NCBI GenBank assembly: GCA_963833575.1
Contig: CAWHXY010000007.1
Coordinates: forward strand, 128,001 to 192,000
Source of the DNA: Candidatus Bathyarchaeota archaeon
Lineage (GTDB): Archaea; Thermoproteota; Bathyarchaeia; Bathyarchaeales; Bathycorpusculaceae
Length of the DNA stretch: 64,000 bases
Direction: 5' to 3'
Positions 61,735-64,000 of this stretch are shown piece after piece; the stretch's first letter is position 1, and every line of letters starts with the position of its first letter. The notes beneath the pieces were generated by a model that made no database searches, was not told the origin of the DNA, and saw nothing but the letters and a program-made list of their open reading frames with translations. The translations under genes were made by a program, and so were the position numbers.

Positions 61735-62526
61735 ATGACTTTACTTTCTGATACCCGATACATATTCATAAGATACCTAACTAAACTTATCCGAACCCCA
61801 ATCCTGCTATTCTTCTCTCTCTTCCAACCTATCTTATTCCTGGTTCTGTTTACGCAGCTGTTAGGCAAACTTTCCAATTTTCCAGGAGTATTACCCGCTG
61901 GTGTAGCTTATCTTGAGTTTGCAGCTGCCGGAATTGTGATGCAAAACGCCTTTGGAAGCGCATTGCAGTCAGGAAACTCAATTGTGGCTGACATCGATTC
62001 GGGGTATTTGCAGAAAATGCTCGTGACGCCAGTGAGTCGTCCTGCAATTCTGCTCGGCAGATTAGCCAGTGATGCGTTCAGGGTTGTTGTCCAAACAGCT
62101 ATAATTCTTGGGTTAGGATACGCTTTAGGTGTTGCCGAAAACAAGCCCTTCTACGTTACCACTGGTGTTGTCGGAATTTTGCTTATTTTTTTCACGCTTG
62201 CCTTCTTTGGGCTTGCGTGGTCAGGGATTTCTTTAGCGTTAGGTATGAAGACGAGGAGTTCTGAGACGGTTTTTGCGATCGGCGGAGTCATCACTTTCCC
62301 GTTGCTGTTCCTGAGTCCAGCATTGTTTCCTCTTAGTTTCCTGCCTGGTTGGGTGCAAACGGTCTCGATGTTTAACCCTGTAAGTTACTGTGTCACCGCC
62401 ACCCGCGCACTTATGATCAACGGCTACCAATGGAGCACGATTCTTCCAGCTTGGGGTGTAATAGGCTTAGTCGCCGTTATTACGATGAGCGCAACACTTT
62501 ATCAGTTCAGAAAAGTCGTGAGCTAA
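61735..62526 (+). CDS. ABC-2 exporter permease (DrrB-like)
   Basis: SLFQPIL, G.L.KMLVTPVSR, LP.W....S.FNPVSY. Confidence 0.9.
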   Translation: MTLLSDTRYIFIRYLTKLIRTPILLFFSLFQPILFLVLFTQLLGKLSNFPGVLPAGVAYLEFAAAGIVMQNAFGSALQSGNSIVADIDSGYLQKMLVTPVSRPAILLGRLASDAFRVVVQTAIILGLGYALGVAENKPFYVTTGVVGILLIFFTLAFFGLAWSGISLALGMKTRSSETVFAIGGVITFPLLFLSPALFPLSFLPGWVQTVSMFNPVSYCVTATRALMINGYQWSTILPAWGVIGLVAVITMSATLYQFRKVVS

Positions 62527-63156
62527 GGGTAAATATGAGTGTCAACATCGAGCGGTTAATTTAACCGCTAGATTTTTTCTTCAATCAATTCAGACTCAAC
62601 GTCAAGCCCTTTTAGCGATTTAGAAAACCCAGCCATAATGTTTCCGATTGTTTTCTGAACAAAATTGTTCAAAGGCAACTCTTTTCCAGCAACAAACATT
62701 TTGGTTTCAAAAGTTTTTTCATTAGTCTATGTTTTTCTTTCATAAATTCACCAATTAATTTTTTTTTTAAAACTGATAATGGCTTCTGTCATGTGTTCTA
62801 TCCTGACTCATGACCGCAAACCAGTTTGTGAATGTACTTCTAACTTACAATTTAATCATGGAATTTGCATTTTTTTTGTTCTTAATATTTAAATCTAAGA
62901 GAATCGCTTTATTGAAAACCAGCTCGGGGTAGTATGGGAGAAGACAAAGCTGCACGGGAGAGCATAGCCTGCAATAAGTTTGCAGAGATTAATTTTCAAG
63001 TAGAAGACAGTCTGCATCTCGTAGTTGACACTGTGCAATTGCGCAGTTTACGTGCAGATAAACTTATATGCGTTCAAAGCAACGCTTCTGAATATAACAA
63101 TTGCCTAAAAGTCCATACCCTTTGGGAAGCTTTGACGATGAAATGTAAAGACATTA

Positions 63157-63501
63157 ATGGAGAGATGTCGATTGCTTCTTGAAGCCCTTATAGCCTTTGT
63201 ATTAATTTTTATTTCAACATACGCAATTTACGTAATAGGCAAAAGGTCAGCGCCTAAAACCACTATAAGCGACAACGAACAGGCATCATACGCTTGTGGC
63301 GAAAAAGCGACCTTCCTTGGTTTAAAAATTAATGTGTCTTTATACAAATATCTAATTTACTTTGTAATCTTTGACTCAGCCGTACTTGTGCTTGCTTTTG
63401 CTTCTTTTGCATTAGCAGGGACAAATCCACTTTTCTTAATTCTTTACCTCGGCATAATTCTTGCTGCAGGTTTGATTCTTTTAGAAGGAGGCAAAGAATA
63501 A
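63157..63501 (+). CDS. nuoA: NuoA-like membrane subunit
   Basis: SYACGE, Y..YFVIFD, 3 TM helices. Confidence 0.75.
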   Translation: MERCRLLLEALIAFVLIFISTYAIYVIGKRSAPKTTISDNEQASYACGEKATFLGLKINVSLYKYLIYFVIFDSAVLVLAFASFALAGTNPLFLILYLGIILAAGLILLEGGKE

Positions 63502-64000
63502 ATGACAAATACAGTAACCTGGTCACGCGTCAAATCGCCATGGGTCTTGCATTTTAACTCGGGCGCCTGCAACGGATGCGACATAGAAATAGTTGCTTTA
63601 CTAACACCAAAATACGACGTTGAACGTTTTGGCATAAAGCTTGAGCCCTCACCAAGACACGCTGATGTTTTGTTAGTAACTGGTTGTGTAACTCAACAAT
63701 GTGCGGAACGACTAAAACGTGTCTATGACCAAATGCCCCAACCCAAATTTGTTGTAGCTATTGGTGCTTGCGCATGCAGTGGCGGAGTATTTGCAGGCAA
63801 TTATAATGTAGTTGGTGGAGTAGACAAAGTGATTCCAGTTACCGCTTACATACCTGGATGCCCACCCCGTCCAGAAGCAATGATAGATGGCGTTGTTAAA
63901 CTCTTAAACGCATTAAATCCGCCTAAACCAAAAAAACTATCAAAACAAGAAAAGCAAGAAGAAGAACGTAAGGCAAAAGAAGCAAAACATGCAGTTGCCT
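63502..64000 (+). CDS. nuoB: NuoB/EchC-like Fe-S small subunit of a complex-I-like or group 4 hydrogenase operon (3' truncated by window edge)
   Basis: GACNGCDIE, SPRHADVLLVTG, IGACACSGG, YIPGCPPRPEA. Confidence 0.85.
   Translation, partial: MTNTVTWSRVKSPWVLHFNSGACNGCDIEIVALLTPKYDVERFGIKLEPSPRHADVLLVTGCVTQQCAERLKRVYDQMPQPKFVVAIGACACSGGVFAGNYNVVGGVDKVIPVTAYIPGCPPRPEAMIDGVVKLLNALNPPKPKKLSKQEKQEEERKAKEAKHAVA

Noticed and set aside
62560-62745. short minus-strand MobB-C-terminal-like fragment (KELPLNNFVQKTIGNI)
   Set aside because: No clean start and an early stop; it cannot be delimited with confidence.
319-63635. numerous antisense and nested 60-200 aa ORFs in the track
   Set aside because: They lie opposite or inside well-supported genes and lack motifs, so they were treated as shadow ORFs.

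Overview
AT-rich archaeal chromosome segment; gene content suggests Bathyarchaeia, but that assignment is inference. Host-type genes include a B12/radical SAM enzyme, trmI, a kinase, PadR regulators, glgP, PAS, NosD/LamG, satP, MCP-cheW, glycosyltransferases, a MinD-like ATPase, an APC-CBS permease, an RNase J-like hydrolase, an ABC-2 exporter and nuoA/nuoB-like genes. There are three tRNAs (Val-GAC, Ser-TGA, Gly-GCC). Two accessory zones stand out. (i) 6.9-13.4 kb: two decayed IS5/IS1182-like copies around npdG and a PLD-nuclease-like gene, bracketed by a dispersed palindromic repeat. (ii) A ~19 kb nested island at the tRNA-Val 3' end (21005-39995). It contains an arsenic-resistance unit and a ~9 kb tyrosine-recombinase element bounded by 37-bp inverted repeats (22043-31066). 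That element carries an HTH-CBS regulator, ParB-like and Hjc-like genes, a Cren7-like zinc ribbon and a methyltransferase-endonuclease fusion, and is the best candidate for a new system. An unannotated box C/D sRNA (13440-13500) appears to guide 2'-O-methylation of the 23S P-loop G2251 equivalent. All calls are by eye from motifs; no searches were run.
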